A stretch of 64,000 nt of DNA from an uncultured virus (IMG/VR IMGVR_UViG_3300005253_001911). Its lineage: Duplodnaviria; Heunggongvirae; Uroviricota; Caudoviricetes. This document shows positions 38,430 through 47,653 of the stretch, in pieces; within the stretch, counting starts at the first letter, position 1; every line of letters starts with the position of its first letter. The notes below the pieces were generated by a model. The model did not search any database and was not told where the DNA came from. It saw nothing but the letters and a program-made list of their open reading frames with translations. A program made the translations under genes and the position numbers. The DNA lies in the IMG/VR virus record IMGVR_UViG_3300005253_001911; one strand, 5' to 3'.

Positions 38430-39189
38430 TAATAATCTCCTTACCGGCTCTTAATTCAGCAAGTTTCCACGCATAATCATACAAATGGAGCCCCTTACTG
38501 GAAGCTATTATTTCGCCGTCGTCAACACCTATTTCTGCACTCATATACTCTTTAAGTAACTGAATTGCTCCCAAATTAGCGGGGAAGCCAGAATATAGAT
38601 CCCAACTACGAAAATATACCACAAAGTGTAAATGACCATCACTTATTCTTGTGTCTATTGTTCTTAAGCAGGGAGGATCTTTTAAAGATATATCTGATGG
38701 AGCAGAAACGGACATGCACGCCTGATTTGTCCTGTGACCATCTTCTTTATACATATTTATAACTTCGCTAATTTGGTCTATTTCTATAAAATCCAGGTAG
38801 TCAGACAAGCCAGAAAGAGTTATCACTTCTATAGAGTCGGTAAATGATTTGGTATTAGGAAACTCAAAGTAATTCCACCCAGCCAAACGCTCGCCGTATG
38901 TATAGTCTTCTCCCTCTTTTTTTGTGGATGTCATTAGATATGGTAGGTATTCTTCAAGGTATCCGTCTGCGACGGGGTTGGGTATGCCTAAATGTGGTGG
39001 GATATCAGGGAGTAGCGGACGCACTCCTGGATATTTGATATGAACAGTTATATAGTCAAATTCAAGGCGCTGTTGTCCTTCATAACTGCCTCTATCTATT
39101 GTATATTTTCTGCCCGATTCCAAAATTCTATCAATACATTGGAACCATGCGTCTGGCAGTGTAGTAGACTCAATAAACTCCAGATTCAT
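38422..39189 (-). CDS. thyA: Thymidylate synthase family protein
   Basis: YTYGERL, DQI, PPCL, FRSWD...GFPAN, LHLY. Asn at the specificity position indicates a dUMP substrate. Confidence 0.85.
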   Translation of the reverse strand: MNLEFIESTTLPDAWFQCIDRILESGRKYTIDRGSYEGQQRLEFDYITVHIKYPGVRPLLPDIPPHLGIPNPVADGYLEEYLPYLMTSTKKEGEDYTYGERLAGWNYFEFPNTKSFTDSIEVITLSGLSDYLDFIEIDQISEVINMYKEDGHRTNQACMSVSAPSDISLKDPPCLRTIDTRISDGHLHFVVYFRSWDLYSGFPANLGAIQLLKEYMSAEIGVDDGEIIASSKGLHLYDYAWKLAELRAGKEIING

Positions 39190-39213
39190 CTAAATTTCTC
39201 CTACATTAAATTA

Positions 39214-39248
39214 TGTGTCATACGTCTTGCGTCATGCATATTGTGTCA
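39214..39248. repeat. Five tandem heptamers between the promoter and thyA (possible operator)
   Basis: TGTGTCA TACGTCT TGCGTCA TGCATAT TGTGTCA. Confidence 0.55.
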
Positions 39249-39256
39249 ACACCTTT

Positions 39257-39285
39257 ATTATAGAATAAAATTTATCATTTGCTAG
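39257..39285 (-). promoter_or_regulatory. Promoter CTAGCA-N17-TATAAT (copy 2), heads the replication module
   Basis: Minus strand TCTAGCAAATGATAAATTTTATTCTATAATAAAGGTGTT, preceded by a T-rich tract. Confidence 0.8.
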
Positions 39286-39309
39286 ATAGAAAATAAAAAA
39301 ATTAAAAAA

Positions 39310-41154
39310 TTATAAGCCAGTTATAGAAGCACCTAAATGTTTTACCCAGCTGTATTTTACTTTAGGATCAATATACGCCGACAGATCAGCCATTGGGCCC
39401 CACTCACCTACTATGGAAGCCCCTAAACTCGCTCTTCTATAAGTTGAAACTCTATCAATCAGATCTCTAACAGCTTCATCTACTGTGCTATAATTGGACA
39501 TATTAAAGATGTACTTCTGTCGTATATCTCTACGCTCTACCATATCATCTTCAGTATTTAAATAAGAATCGGCCCATATAGTCCAATGCCGTTCTCTATC
39601 GACTCTATAAATTGTATTTGATCCCTTTACATAAAAATAATGGAACGGCTCGGCACCGCCTCTCTGAAACATTATCTCAACAAATCTACGCCAGTTTTCT
39701 CTCCACCTATTATTAAAATCAATAACAATTTCATGTGTTTTTGGACTTACATTTTCAGGTAGCTCTGTATAATTTGTTTGTAACACTGGTGTTACTGTTG
39801 CTCCAAGATCATAACTATTAAGTATGCCATTTATAGTAGCTGAAAGATTGGCGCCGTAAAAACTTCCATATATTATTGGTAAAGTATCAAATGTTTTATA
39901 TACATCATTCACACTAAAGTTTATGTTTAGTTGTGTATATTTTCTTACCGCCGGGACAAAAGTTACTGTAAATTTATCTTCCACATAATAGTCTTCGGCG
40001 TTTATATAAGCTCCCAAGTCCCTTATAGTATCTGCTGTACCTCCACCATACCACCCTGTGATAAAAGCTTTCAACTCTGACTTATATATGGTATACATAG
40101 ATGCGCCTAAATTACTATAAGCAGACCCAAAACACTGAAAATTTATTACAGCTTTCATATCTTTATGTTCCAACAAAGATATTTGCAAAGCTCGCTTCAT
40201 TAAAATAGTCTTCGGTATAATTATAGCACCTAAGTTTGCCAATTTTCCAATTGCAGTTATCGAAGCTCCAAGATCAGCCGCCTCTATTAAACTAATAATA
40301 GCGTTCAAATCTGTGGTTGCCCAGCTAGACACCAAAGCTGGTAAATCTACAGGAATTTGAAATCCTTTCCAACCTCTGATAATTGCGGAAAGATCTTGAC
40401 CAGGAATTGGGTTTAGAGAAGCTTGTATATCATATGGACCATATCCTCCAATTAAAGTAGCGCCCAAATTACTTATAGCCCAACCATGTAGTATGCCGCC
40501 TAAGTCTAATTTTTCGCCAGGATTAATAGCCGCGCCTAAATCTTTATAAGCTTGAGTAAACGATTTAATTACAGCAGGCAAATTTGTAAAATCAATTATA
40601 TTTATACTAGCAGACAAATCACCCAGCAATAAATTACTAGCAATAGAAGCGGTCAAATTAGCATAAGTACTCTGAAATATATTTATTCTTGCACCTAAAT
40701 CAACTGGTCCAGCAAGCAATACACTATTAATTGTCGCACTTAAATTTCGTAGCTCTATTATATTTATACTACCAAGCAGATCAGCCGGAGGGTGTGCTCC
40801 TATTTCTACACCTAAATCTTTTATAGCCCAACCATGTACATCTCCGCCCAGATCATTATCATCTTGATCGAATCTTCGTATAGCAGCCACTAAATCACTA
40901 TAAGTTTGAATAGTGGGCTTTATATAAGCATTTAAATTATCATAACCTTGAAGACTAGTGGAAGAAATAGACGCTGACAAATCAGCACTTGATTGACTAA
41001 TTACATTAATAGCAGCTTGTAGATCTGCTGTTTGTTGAAAAGTAGGTCTAAGCCCAAACCGGAAAGGTACCTCACTAAAATCCGGCTTAGTGTATCCACC
41101 AGTCGTAAAGCTAAAAGGAATATTCCTTATATTTGGCGGGATATAATTAGGCAT
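39310..41154 (-). CDS. Probable virion protein with many DL(G/S/P)A-x-I repeats
   Basis: ADLQAAI, ADLSASI, DNLNAYI, KDLGVEI, VDLGARI, GDLSASI, KDLGAAI, ADLGASI and others at roughly 13-17 aa spacing. Confidence 0.65.
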   Translation of the reverse strand: MPNYIPPNIRNIPFSFTTGGYTKPDFSEVPFRFGLRPTFQQTADLQAAINVISQSSADLSASISSTSLQGYDNLNAYIKPTIQTYSDLVAAIRRFDQDDNDLGGDVHGWAIKDLGVEIGAHPPADLLGSINIIELRNLSATINSVLLAGPVDLGARINIFQSTYANLTASIASNLLLGDLSASINIIDFTNLPAVIKSFTQAYKDLGAAINPGEKLDLGGILHGWAISNLGATLIGGYGPYDIQASLNPIPGQDLSAIIRGWKGFQIPVDLPALVSSWATTDLNAIISLIEAADLGASITAIGKLANLGAIIIPKTILMKRALQISLLEHKDMKAVINFQCFGSAYSNLGASMYTIYKSELKAFITGWYGGGTADTIRDLGAYINAEDYYVEDKFTVTFVPAVRKYTQLNINFSVNDVYKTFDTLPIIYGSFYGANLSATINGILNSYDLGATVTPVLQTNYTELPENVSPKTHEIVIDFNNRWRENWRRFVEIMFQRGGAEPFHYFYVKGSNTIYRVDRERHWTIWADSYLNTEDDMVERRDIRQKYIFNMSNYSTVDEAVRDLIDRVSTYRRASLGASIVGEWGPMADLSAYIDPKVKYSWVKHLGASITGL

Positions 41155-42001
41155 TAATCAGCCCTCGTTTAATCATGATAGACTTATAAAAATTTATATG
41201 AAAATTTCGATTAAAATTAGCCCTAGAATTACAGGAATTACATAGTGTAATTAAATTAGATAGATCACAATTCTTTTTATCATAATCAATATGATGGCTA
41301 CATAATCTTTTACTGGTTTTCCAACAATCAGAGTTTTGGCAAATATAATTATCACGCTCAAAAATAGATTTTTTCAATCTATTATTAAATTCTATAGAAT
41401 AAGGCTCAAAAGAAGCGCCGCTATTCCATGAAGGATTTCCATCACCTTCTAATTTAATATAAGCACACACAGGACATCTACAGCCCTGCTGCCAATTGTT
41501 CCATCTAATCCTATGTCTATGTCCTTTAGAACAAATACAATATAGTTTTTGCCTACTGTTGATATATTCAGTAGATTCAAGTATCCATCCTTCATCTTCA
41601 AATTGCTCCTTAATAAATTCTATAGTAAGTTTAGCATTTCCATAACAATAAGAGCATCTATATCCTTGCTGCCACATATCCCAACTAATATTATATCTAT
41701 GATCGTTTGGGCAAATATATTCTAGCTTTTGTTCACAATTTATATATTCCTTTGTCAAAAGGATATAGTTTTCAATCTCAAACAATAACATAATAAATTC
41801 TATAGTTGGTTTACCTTGACCAGCACAGTAAGAACATCTATGGCCTGCATACCAATCACCCCATGTAATACTATGTTCATGGCTGTTAGGGCATACATAA
41901 CTAAGCTTAATATTACTGTCTATATATTCATTTGACAATAATAAACATTTTTCTTCCTTAAACTTATCTCGCACAAACTCTATAGTTAGTTTTTTAGGCA
42001 T
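41147..42001 (-). CDS. HNH homing-endonuclease-like protein with 3 Zn-ribbon repeats
   Basis: MPKKLTIEFV, three repeats, NPSWNSG, RDNYICQNSDC, HHIDY, LCNSCN. Confidence 0.85.
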   Translation of the reverse strand: MPKKLTIEFVRDKFKEEKCLLLSNEYIDSNIKLSYVCPNSHEHSITWGDWYAGHRCSYCAGQGKPTIEFIMLLFEIENYILLTKEYINCEQKLEYICPNDHRYNISWDMWQQGYRCSYCYGNAKLTIEFIKEQFEDEGWILESTEYINSRQKLYCICSKGHRHRIRWNNWQQGCRCPVCAYIKLEGDGNPSWNSGASFEPYSIEFNNRLKKSIFERDNYICQNSDCWKTSKRLCSHHIDYDKKNCDLSNLITLCNSCNSRANFNRNFHINFYKSIMIKRGLINA

Positions 42002-42004
42002 TTT

Positions 42005-44242
42005 TTACTCCGGCGTAAGATAATCATAAATTAAGGCATTAGTCCCACTATCAGTGGGATGCAGTGCAACAGCATAATGTGCTTCATTATATGAGGTTAC
42101 TATTGAAAATGTACCACTAACACCAGTAGACTCAGTACCACTTACTAATACACCAGTACTTCGTCTATAAAGTCTCACAGGAATTCCTGAAGCACGAGTA
42201 CCATTAACCTCTGTGTACCCTTCGCACAAAAATCTATTTGTAAAAGTATAGGTTTGACTAGTCCCTGTACTACCACTTGAAGTTGATTTGATATACCAAC
42301 TATAAGTTGTAGCAGCCGGCGTGGATAATGCTGCTGTAGAAGTAGCTTGAGCACCACTATCCAGCCCATAAACAGTAGATCCTATTTGATTATTGCCATC
42401 ATCATAAAATGTAGCAGCATATACATAGGGAATATCTGCACCAGTAATAGTTGTTGTAAGTTGTAATGTGTGATTAGTTCCATAAACTGTGGATAAATGT
42501 ATCGGTATAGGACCACTAAAAGTAAAAATGGTGGGTTCTATGCCTAATGCATAGGTAATCAAATCACCAAAATTACTATAATAAGTGGCTTTAGTCCAGG
42601 CAGTTGAACGAACACTGTCGGATATACGTACTTCATCTATTATACCATCAAAATTACCTTGACTACCAACTTGATATCTACCAATTTTGAATGTATTAGA
42701 AGTATCAGACACTAAAACTGGTTTTCCACCTACACTAGTAGTTGGAGAACCATCCTTATAAAATTGTATAGTTCCAGCATTATAGGTTATATCAACTGAT
42801 TGTTGTACCCCAGTATCAAAAAAGCTAGATTCAATGTGACTTTGCCAGCCACTATTATTGTACTGAAAGTAAAGAGTGCCAGCGAAATTCAACATGGAGT
42901 AATTTTCAATTGAAGTACTCTCCTGGGCCATATCTATAATACCAGCAAAAGCTGGGTTAGTTAGTGGCTTCACAATAGCTGATATAGTTAAAGCTCCAGT
43001 AATATCCAGACTGGCATCCGTCCCACAGTCTATTAAATCATCACTGCCATCAAAATCTATAGCTTTACCAATCTGCCCATCTATTAAATCGGCACTAGTC
43101 ATGGATCCACCAGGAGTTCCATCATTACTATTAGATGTAGAATCCCTCATTATATCAGATACATCTCCGGCAGGACTTTGTCCCATATGCCATACACCGA
43201 CAAAATTACTATCCCAAACACTTTGTGCTGGTGTTTCGCCAGTATCGCCTATATAACCAGAATTAATAGTGTGTGTAGAATCATAGTATAAATAAAGAGT
43301 AGTGTCAGTTCCAGAAACTATAGTCGGAACTTTAGTCCATAACCATGATTGATTATTTTCTGAATCCCAGTAATCTATTTCAACAGGTAGTTCAGTTTCT
43401 ACTCCAGAAACAGTGGCCGTAACAGCTATTTTCTTTCTATTATCCCAAGAGCTTCCATATGGTCCTGTCGGCGGAATAAAATCTGAAGTCCAACGAGCTA
43501 TTCCTTTTGAAATACGAAGCTCGTCTATATATCCTGCAAGTTCGGAGGCAGATAAACCTCCTACCCTTAATTGAGAAGTATGATCATTTAAAGTAAACGA
43601 ATAGGATAATTCTTCTATACCATCAAAATAAACTGTATTTAAACCAGAATCATAAATCCATACTACATGGTGCCAATTATTATCCACTCCTAGTGTTATA
43701 GTTTGCCACGCGCCCAGAAAAACCTGGAGATCATTATCATTATATCTTATCGACCACCTTTCATCATTATTTACACTGTCCCAGCGTGAAATTACATGCC
43801 CAATTCCTGTATGAGAAACATCTTTCATTACCCGAAAATCAATAGTGAAAGGGCCGCCTGCAAAATCCCAGTCGGCACTATCAGCTATACTCAAATAATC
43901 TCCTGTACCATCAAAATAAGCACTAGAACCACCAAACATAGACTGCGCAGTAGATATTTGTGCGTTATCATTAGCTGTGATCGTATGACTACTAGTTGAT
44001 TCATCTATAAAAGATGTACTTCCATTTGTTCCATCACAATGTAATAATAATACTGTGCCAGAAGCTAAAGTACCAGAAGCAGGAGTTAATTCAGTAAATA
44101 CAGCTGAAGCATCAAAGCTAGTTATACCAGTACCAGATGATAAAGTTATAAGTACAGGAAAATTGATGATATTTTCATCTACCTTGGTCGAATCTATGGT
44201 TAATGTTAGTTTTTTATTATTATTCCATCCAGCAAGACTCAT
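42005..44242 (-). CDS. Tail/adhesin-like protein: DUF2341 plus two LamG (ConA-like) domains
   Basis: NFPVLI, ELPVEIDYWD....WLWTKVP, LYLYY, VWDSNFVGVWHM, GKAIDFDG, IDELRIS/IDEVRIS. Confidence 0.8.
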   Translation of the reverse strand: MSLAGWNNNKKLTLTIDSTKVDENIINFPVLITLSSGTGITSFDASAVFTELTPASGTLASGTVLLLHCDGTNGSTSFIDESTSSHTITANDNAQISTAQSMFGGSSAYFDGTGDYLSIADSADWDFAGGPFTIDFRVMKDVSHTGIGHVISRWDSVNNDERWSIRYNDNDLQVFLGAWQTITLGVDNNWHHVVWIYDSGLNTVYFDGIEELSYSFTLNDHTSQLRVGGLSASELAGYIDELRISKGIARWTSDFIPPTGPYGSSWDNRKKIAVTATVSGVETELPVEIDYWDSENNQSWLWTKVPTIVSGTDTTLYLYYDSTHTINSGYIGDTGETPAQSVWDSNFVGVWHMGQSPAGDVSDIMRDSTSNSNDGTPGGSMTSADLIDGQIGKAIDFDGSDDLIDCGTDASLDITGALTISAIVKPLTNPAFAGIIDMAQESTSIENYSMLNFAGTLYFQYNNSGWQSHIESSFFDTGVQQSVDITYNAGTIQFYKDGSPTTSVGGKPVLVSDTSNTFKIGRYQVGSQGNFDGIIDEVRISDSVRSTAWTKATYYSNFGDLITYALGIEPTIFTFSGPIPIHLSTVYGTNHTLQLTTTITGADIPYVYAATFYDDGNNQIGSTVYGLDSGAQATSTAALSTPAATTYSWYIKSTSSGSTGTSQTYTFTNRFLCEGYTEVNGTRASGIPVRLYRRSTGVLVSGTESTGVSGTFSIVTSYNEAHYAVALHPTDSGTNALIYDYLTPE

Positions 44243-45084
44243 TTTATTCTACTCCCCACTATGTTTTTCATAATATTTTTATAAAACTCTTCATGAAATT
44301 CTCTTCTAAAATTAGCTCCACTATTACATGAATTACACAGTGTTATTAAATTCACCGGAATGCAATTCTTTTTTATATAATCTACATGATGTAGAACTAA
44401 CCTAGTACCAGTTCCCCAACAATATGGGTTTTGACATTCATAATTATCTCTAGCTTTTATATCTTCCTTATATTCTTTATCCGCCCATGCATCGCAGTAA
44501 AGCTCACAGGAAATACCATTTTTCCAATTTGGATGTCCTGGGCCAGATTTTTTAATATAAGCACATGTTGGGCACCTGGTTCCTCTACTCCAGTTAGACC
44601 AACTTACTGCATGCTCATGGCCTAAAGAACATTTATATAATACTCTTGCTCGCCAACTAAAGTTATCTATTGACAAAATAATATAGTTTTCATTCTCAAA
44701 GGATGATTCAATCTTATCTAATACAAGGCAGTGAATACATCGCCTGCCTGATCGCCAATCATTCCAACTAATTTTACGTTGATGTCCATTTGAACAAATA
44801 TATTCTAATTTATTACATGAGTTTACATATACATCTGTTAAAAGAATATAGTTTATATTCTCAAACTGTGATCGTATAAATTCAATAGTAGGTTTTCCCT
44901 GACCATCACAATAAGGACATCTCCTACCCTCTAGCCATTTGCCAAAACTAATACTATGTCTATGTCCTTTAGAACAAATATAATCAAATTTTTGGCGTCC
45001 ATTTATATATTTATCATTAGATGTCAATTTATAATTATCTAAAGCAAATGATTTTTTCACATAGTTTAAACTATATTTCTTCAT
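44239..45084 (-). CDS. HNH homing-endonuclease-like protein with 3 Zn-ribbon repeats
   Basis: Three repeats, HPNWKNG, RDNYECQNPYC, HHVDY, LCNSCN. Start moved to MKKYS. Confidence 0.85.
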   Translation of the reverse strand: MKKYSLNYVKKSFALDNYKLTSNDKYINGRQKFDYICSKGHRHSISFGKWLEGRRCPYCDGQGKPTIEFIRSQFENINYILLTDVYVNSCNKLEYICSNGHQRKISWNDWRSGRRCIHCLVLDKIESSFENENYIILSIDNFSWRARVLYKCSLGHEHAVSWSNWSRGTRCPTCAYIKKSGPGHPNWKNGISCELYCDAWADKEYKEDIKARDNYECQNPYCWGTGTRLVLHHVDYIKKNCIPVNLITLCNSCNSGANFRREFHEEFYKNIMKNIVGSRIK

Positions 45085-47273
45085 TATTCTTGTACCCCGA
45101 ACCAAGTTTTGATCCTAGTTTCGTAATCTGTTATATCAGCCCCTTCAGGTATATCTGTCTTAATATAAATATTTTGACTCTGTTGAGGTTGTATGTCTTC
45201 AGTTTTTATTGCTGGCGGCAACAAAATTTTCTCCAGTGTAGCGTCGCCCCTAAGAGTAACTTCTGTTCTATGGTATCTCGCCTTAGGTAAAAAATACCCA
45301 TCCTTTCTTACTTCTTGCCATTCAGCAGTACCACCAATTCCCCATACTGGATCATATGAAGCTGGTATCCAGTTAGAAGTATTTTGAAACTCTACAACTG
45401 AATCATTATTAAAAGGAAAAACACCAAACACAGGTTGTGCATTACTCGCAATACTAGTAGATCTTGTTATATCTCCCGCGGCCTTATCAATAAAATACAA
45501 CATATTATTAGTCGTACTTATAACAAAACAGCCGTTGTGAGCACCCCTTAATCTGTTAGCATTATTAATAAAAATTGGTCCTACATCTACCGAGCCGCCA
45601 CTAGTAACATGATATACATAACTATCATGTCTATACCAAAAACCATCCTCATAATCAGTAGTCACTCTATTAACCTGTGTATTATTATAAGCCGGTGTTT
45701 CTGGTAAAGTAACAGTTTTTACCACCCCCCCACTCGAATTATATCTATACGCTGTAGCAGTATCACCATCTTTATTGTCTACTACCCAACACCCATTATC
45801 AAGTGTACCACATATAGCCCGGGGTGTTTCTAAAGCAATACTATGTATCGTTGTACCACTAGTATTCTTATGTATTACCAAATCGTCCACCTTATCTGTA
45901 TACCATACTCCGTCACCATCTAATTCAACAGCAAAATCATATAAAAAATCAATAAAACTATCACTTATAGACGCTAAAGCGCTCAGAGTACTGTTAATAT
46001 GCTTCAAAGTTCGAGGAGTCCCAGGAGCATCTGGATTATATGAACTCGAATATGACCATAAACCCCCACTCTTATCAAATTCTAAATTTACATCTCCAGA
46101 ATAAGCATAGTTACTATCACTCCAAAGACCCGTAATAACAACACCACCTGATCTATTATATATACGCACATATGTACGTACAGTAGTAGAAAAAGAATAC
46201 ATGTATGTCATTACAACATAACCAGTACGTCTATCTACAGCCATAGACATTCCATAAGTACTTGCGCCACCATCATAACTAAACCATGTAGCATAAGAAC
46301 TAGTATATGGTATATATTTTGTAGGATTCATGTTTCTAGTAGCAAGTACCAAATACGCTTCAGATATAGGTGTTGGCTCCGTATTACTACTCTTCACTCT
46401 TATAGTTCCATTATAAACATTTGCATCATAACTAATACTACCAGTTCCACTAACAGCTGTCCCATCTGTTATAAAATAACTTGAGTTATATTGATTGTCC
46501 AATTTGAATATGGGGGTGGCGTAAGTTCCACTTGTACTGGGTGATGAGATTATTACTTCGTCAACACTAACCTCAGTATCAACAAACGATCCCATACTCC
46601 ATCTATAAGTTGAATTAAGATTATCATCTTCTATTAAAGCGCCATCCTCTATTCCGTAATATGTTCCATTTTGACTCGACGAAATTTTTACATACTCATC
46701 CGCAACACTACCTGTATAATCAACTACTGTGTAAGCCGTGGCAGCCATACCGGTTAAAGAACTACTATTATTAAATAATGAAATAGTCTCTGCAGTTCCT
46801 TCTGAACCCACTGGAGTATCTTCCAAATACTTAGCATATTGACTTCCATCAGAACCAAATGCTACTATATAATCATTATTCACCGCCTCATATTCATGGA
46901 TAGTCATACCAACGCCAGAAATAGTAACAAGAACAAATCTCGGTGCTTTAGGCTCTACCAATGTTGGATAATAATAAGTTGACACATTTGTAGTGAGTTG
47001 GCTATAACTACTGCTTTCAGCATCTTTAACATAAAATACAATATTAGCTGATTTTGTTAAGTCACTGCTATAAAGACGTACAGAATCTAATTTTATTCGT
47101 TGACTTATATCTGCCTCTAAATAAAGTACGCCAGACACAGTCACTGATACCCCACCAGAAGCAGTGGTCCCATCTAATAAACTCTCCAGTTGCGCCCACG
47201 ACAGACTAGTATTACCTGTTCCACTAGATGTTAGTGATTTTAATGATCCGTTACGAATTAAGTTGTACTGCAT
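45084..47273 (-). CDS. Probable virion protein with a beta-propeller-like region
   Basis: Ser/Thr/Gly-rich; blades such as FDKSGGLWS, LDGDGVWYTD, LDNGCWVVD, YEDGFWY. N-terminus MQYNLIR resembles MPYNFLR of the 2512-aa neighbour. Confidence 0.65.
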   Translation of the reverse strand: MQYNLIRNGSLKSLTSSGTGNTSLSWAQLESLLDGTTASGGVSVTVSGVLYLEADISQRIKLDSVRLYSSDLTKSANIVFYVKDAESSSYSQLTTNVSTYYYPTLVEPKAPRFVLVTISGVGMTIHEYEAVNNDYIVAFGSDGSQYAKYLEDTPVGSEGTAETISLFNNSSSLTGMAATAYTVVDYTGSVADEYVKISSSQNGTYYGIEDGALIEDDNLNSTYRWSMGSFVDTEVSVDEVIISSPSTSGTYATPIFKLDNQYNSSYFITDGTAVSGTGSISYDANVYNGTIRVKSSNTEPTPISEAYLVLATRNMNPTKYIPYTSSYATWFSYDGGASTYGMSMAVDRRTGYVVMTYMYSFSTTVRTYVRIYNRSGGVVITGLWSDSNYAYSGDVNLEFDKSGGLWSYSSSYNPDAPGTPRTLKHINSTLSALASISDSFIDFLYDFAVELDGDGVWYTDKVDDLVIHKNTSGTTIHSIALETPRAICGTLDNGCWVVDNKDGDTATAYRYNSSGGVVKTVTLPETPAYNNTQVNRVTTDYEDGFWYRHDSYVYHVTSGGSVDVGPIFINNANRLRGAHNGCFVISTTNNMLYFIDKAAGDITRSTSIASNAQPVFGVFPFNNDSVVEFQNTSNWIPASYDPVWGIGGTAEWQEVRKDGYFLPKARYHRTEVTLRGDATLEKILLPPAIKTEDIQPQQSQNIYIKTDIPEGADITDYETRIKTWFGVQE

Positions 47274-47643
47274 GTGATAAACCTCTCTTTATCATTATTT
47301 CCGTATAGTAAGATGTGTGCCATTTCCTATTTTTATTTGCTCGACCATTACATGATCTACATAGAGTAATTAAATTCCATGGATTACAGTGCTTCTTAAT
47401 ATAATCAATGTGATGAATAACTAACTGCTTGTTGATGTGCCAGCAATCAGAGTGCGGCCGGCCAGCACAATATGGACACCTCCTTCCATTACTCCAATTA
47501 TTCCAAGTAATATTGTGTCTATGTCCTTTAGAACACACATATTTCAATTTAATATGAGCGCCTACGTATTTCTTACTTAATAATTTATAACCCTCTTTTT
47601 CAAATTGTTCTCTTATATATTCTATAGTTAATTTCTTACCCAT
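47251..47643 (-). pseudogene. Internally deleted member of the HNH Zn-repeat family
   Basis: One repeat (…RCPYCAG) is fused directly to RPHSDCW…HHIDY; the NWKGG/RD…CQN segment present in the four paralogues is missing. The ORF is still open. Confidence 0.65.
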
Positions 47644-47653
47644 TCCATTCTCC

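Noticed and set aside
38422..39189. dCMP hydroxymethylase (T4-style glucosyl-hmC pathway)
   Set aside because: The specificity residue is Asn (GFPAN), indicating dUMP. A dUMP hydroxymethylase cannot be excluded, but no supporting genes are visible.
25950..47643. Diversity-generating retroelement or intron explanation for the variable HNH repeats
   Set aside because: No reverse transcriptase, no TR/VR pair differing only at adenines, and the flanking genes appear intact with no intron-sized non-coding sequence.
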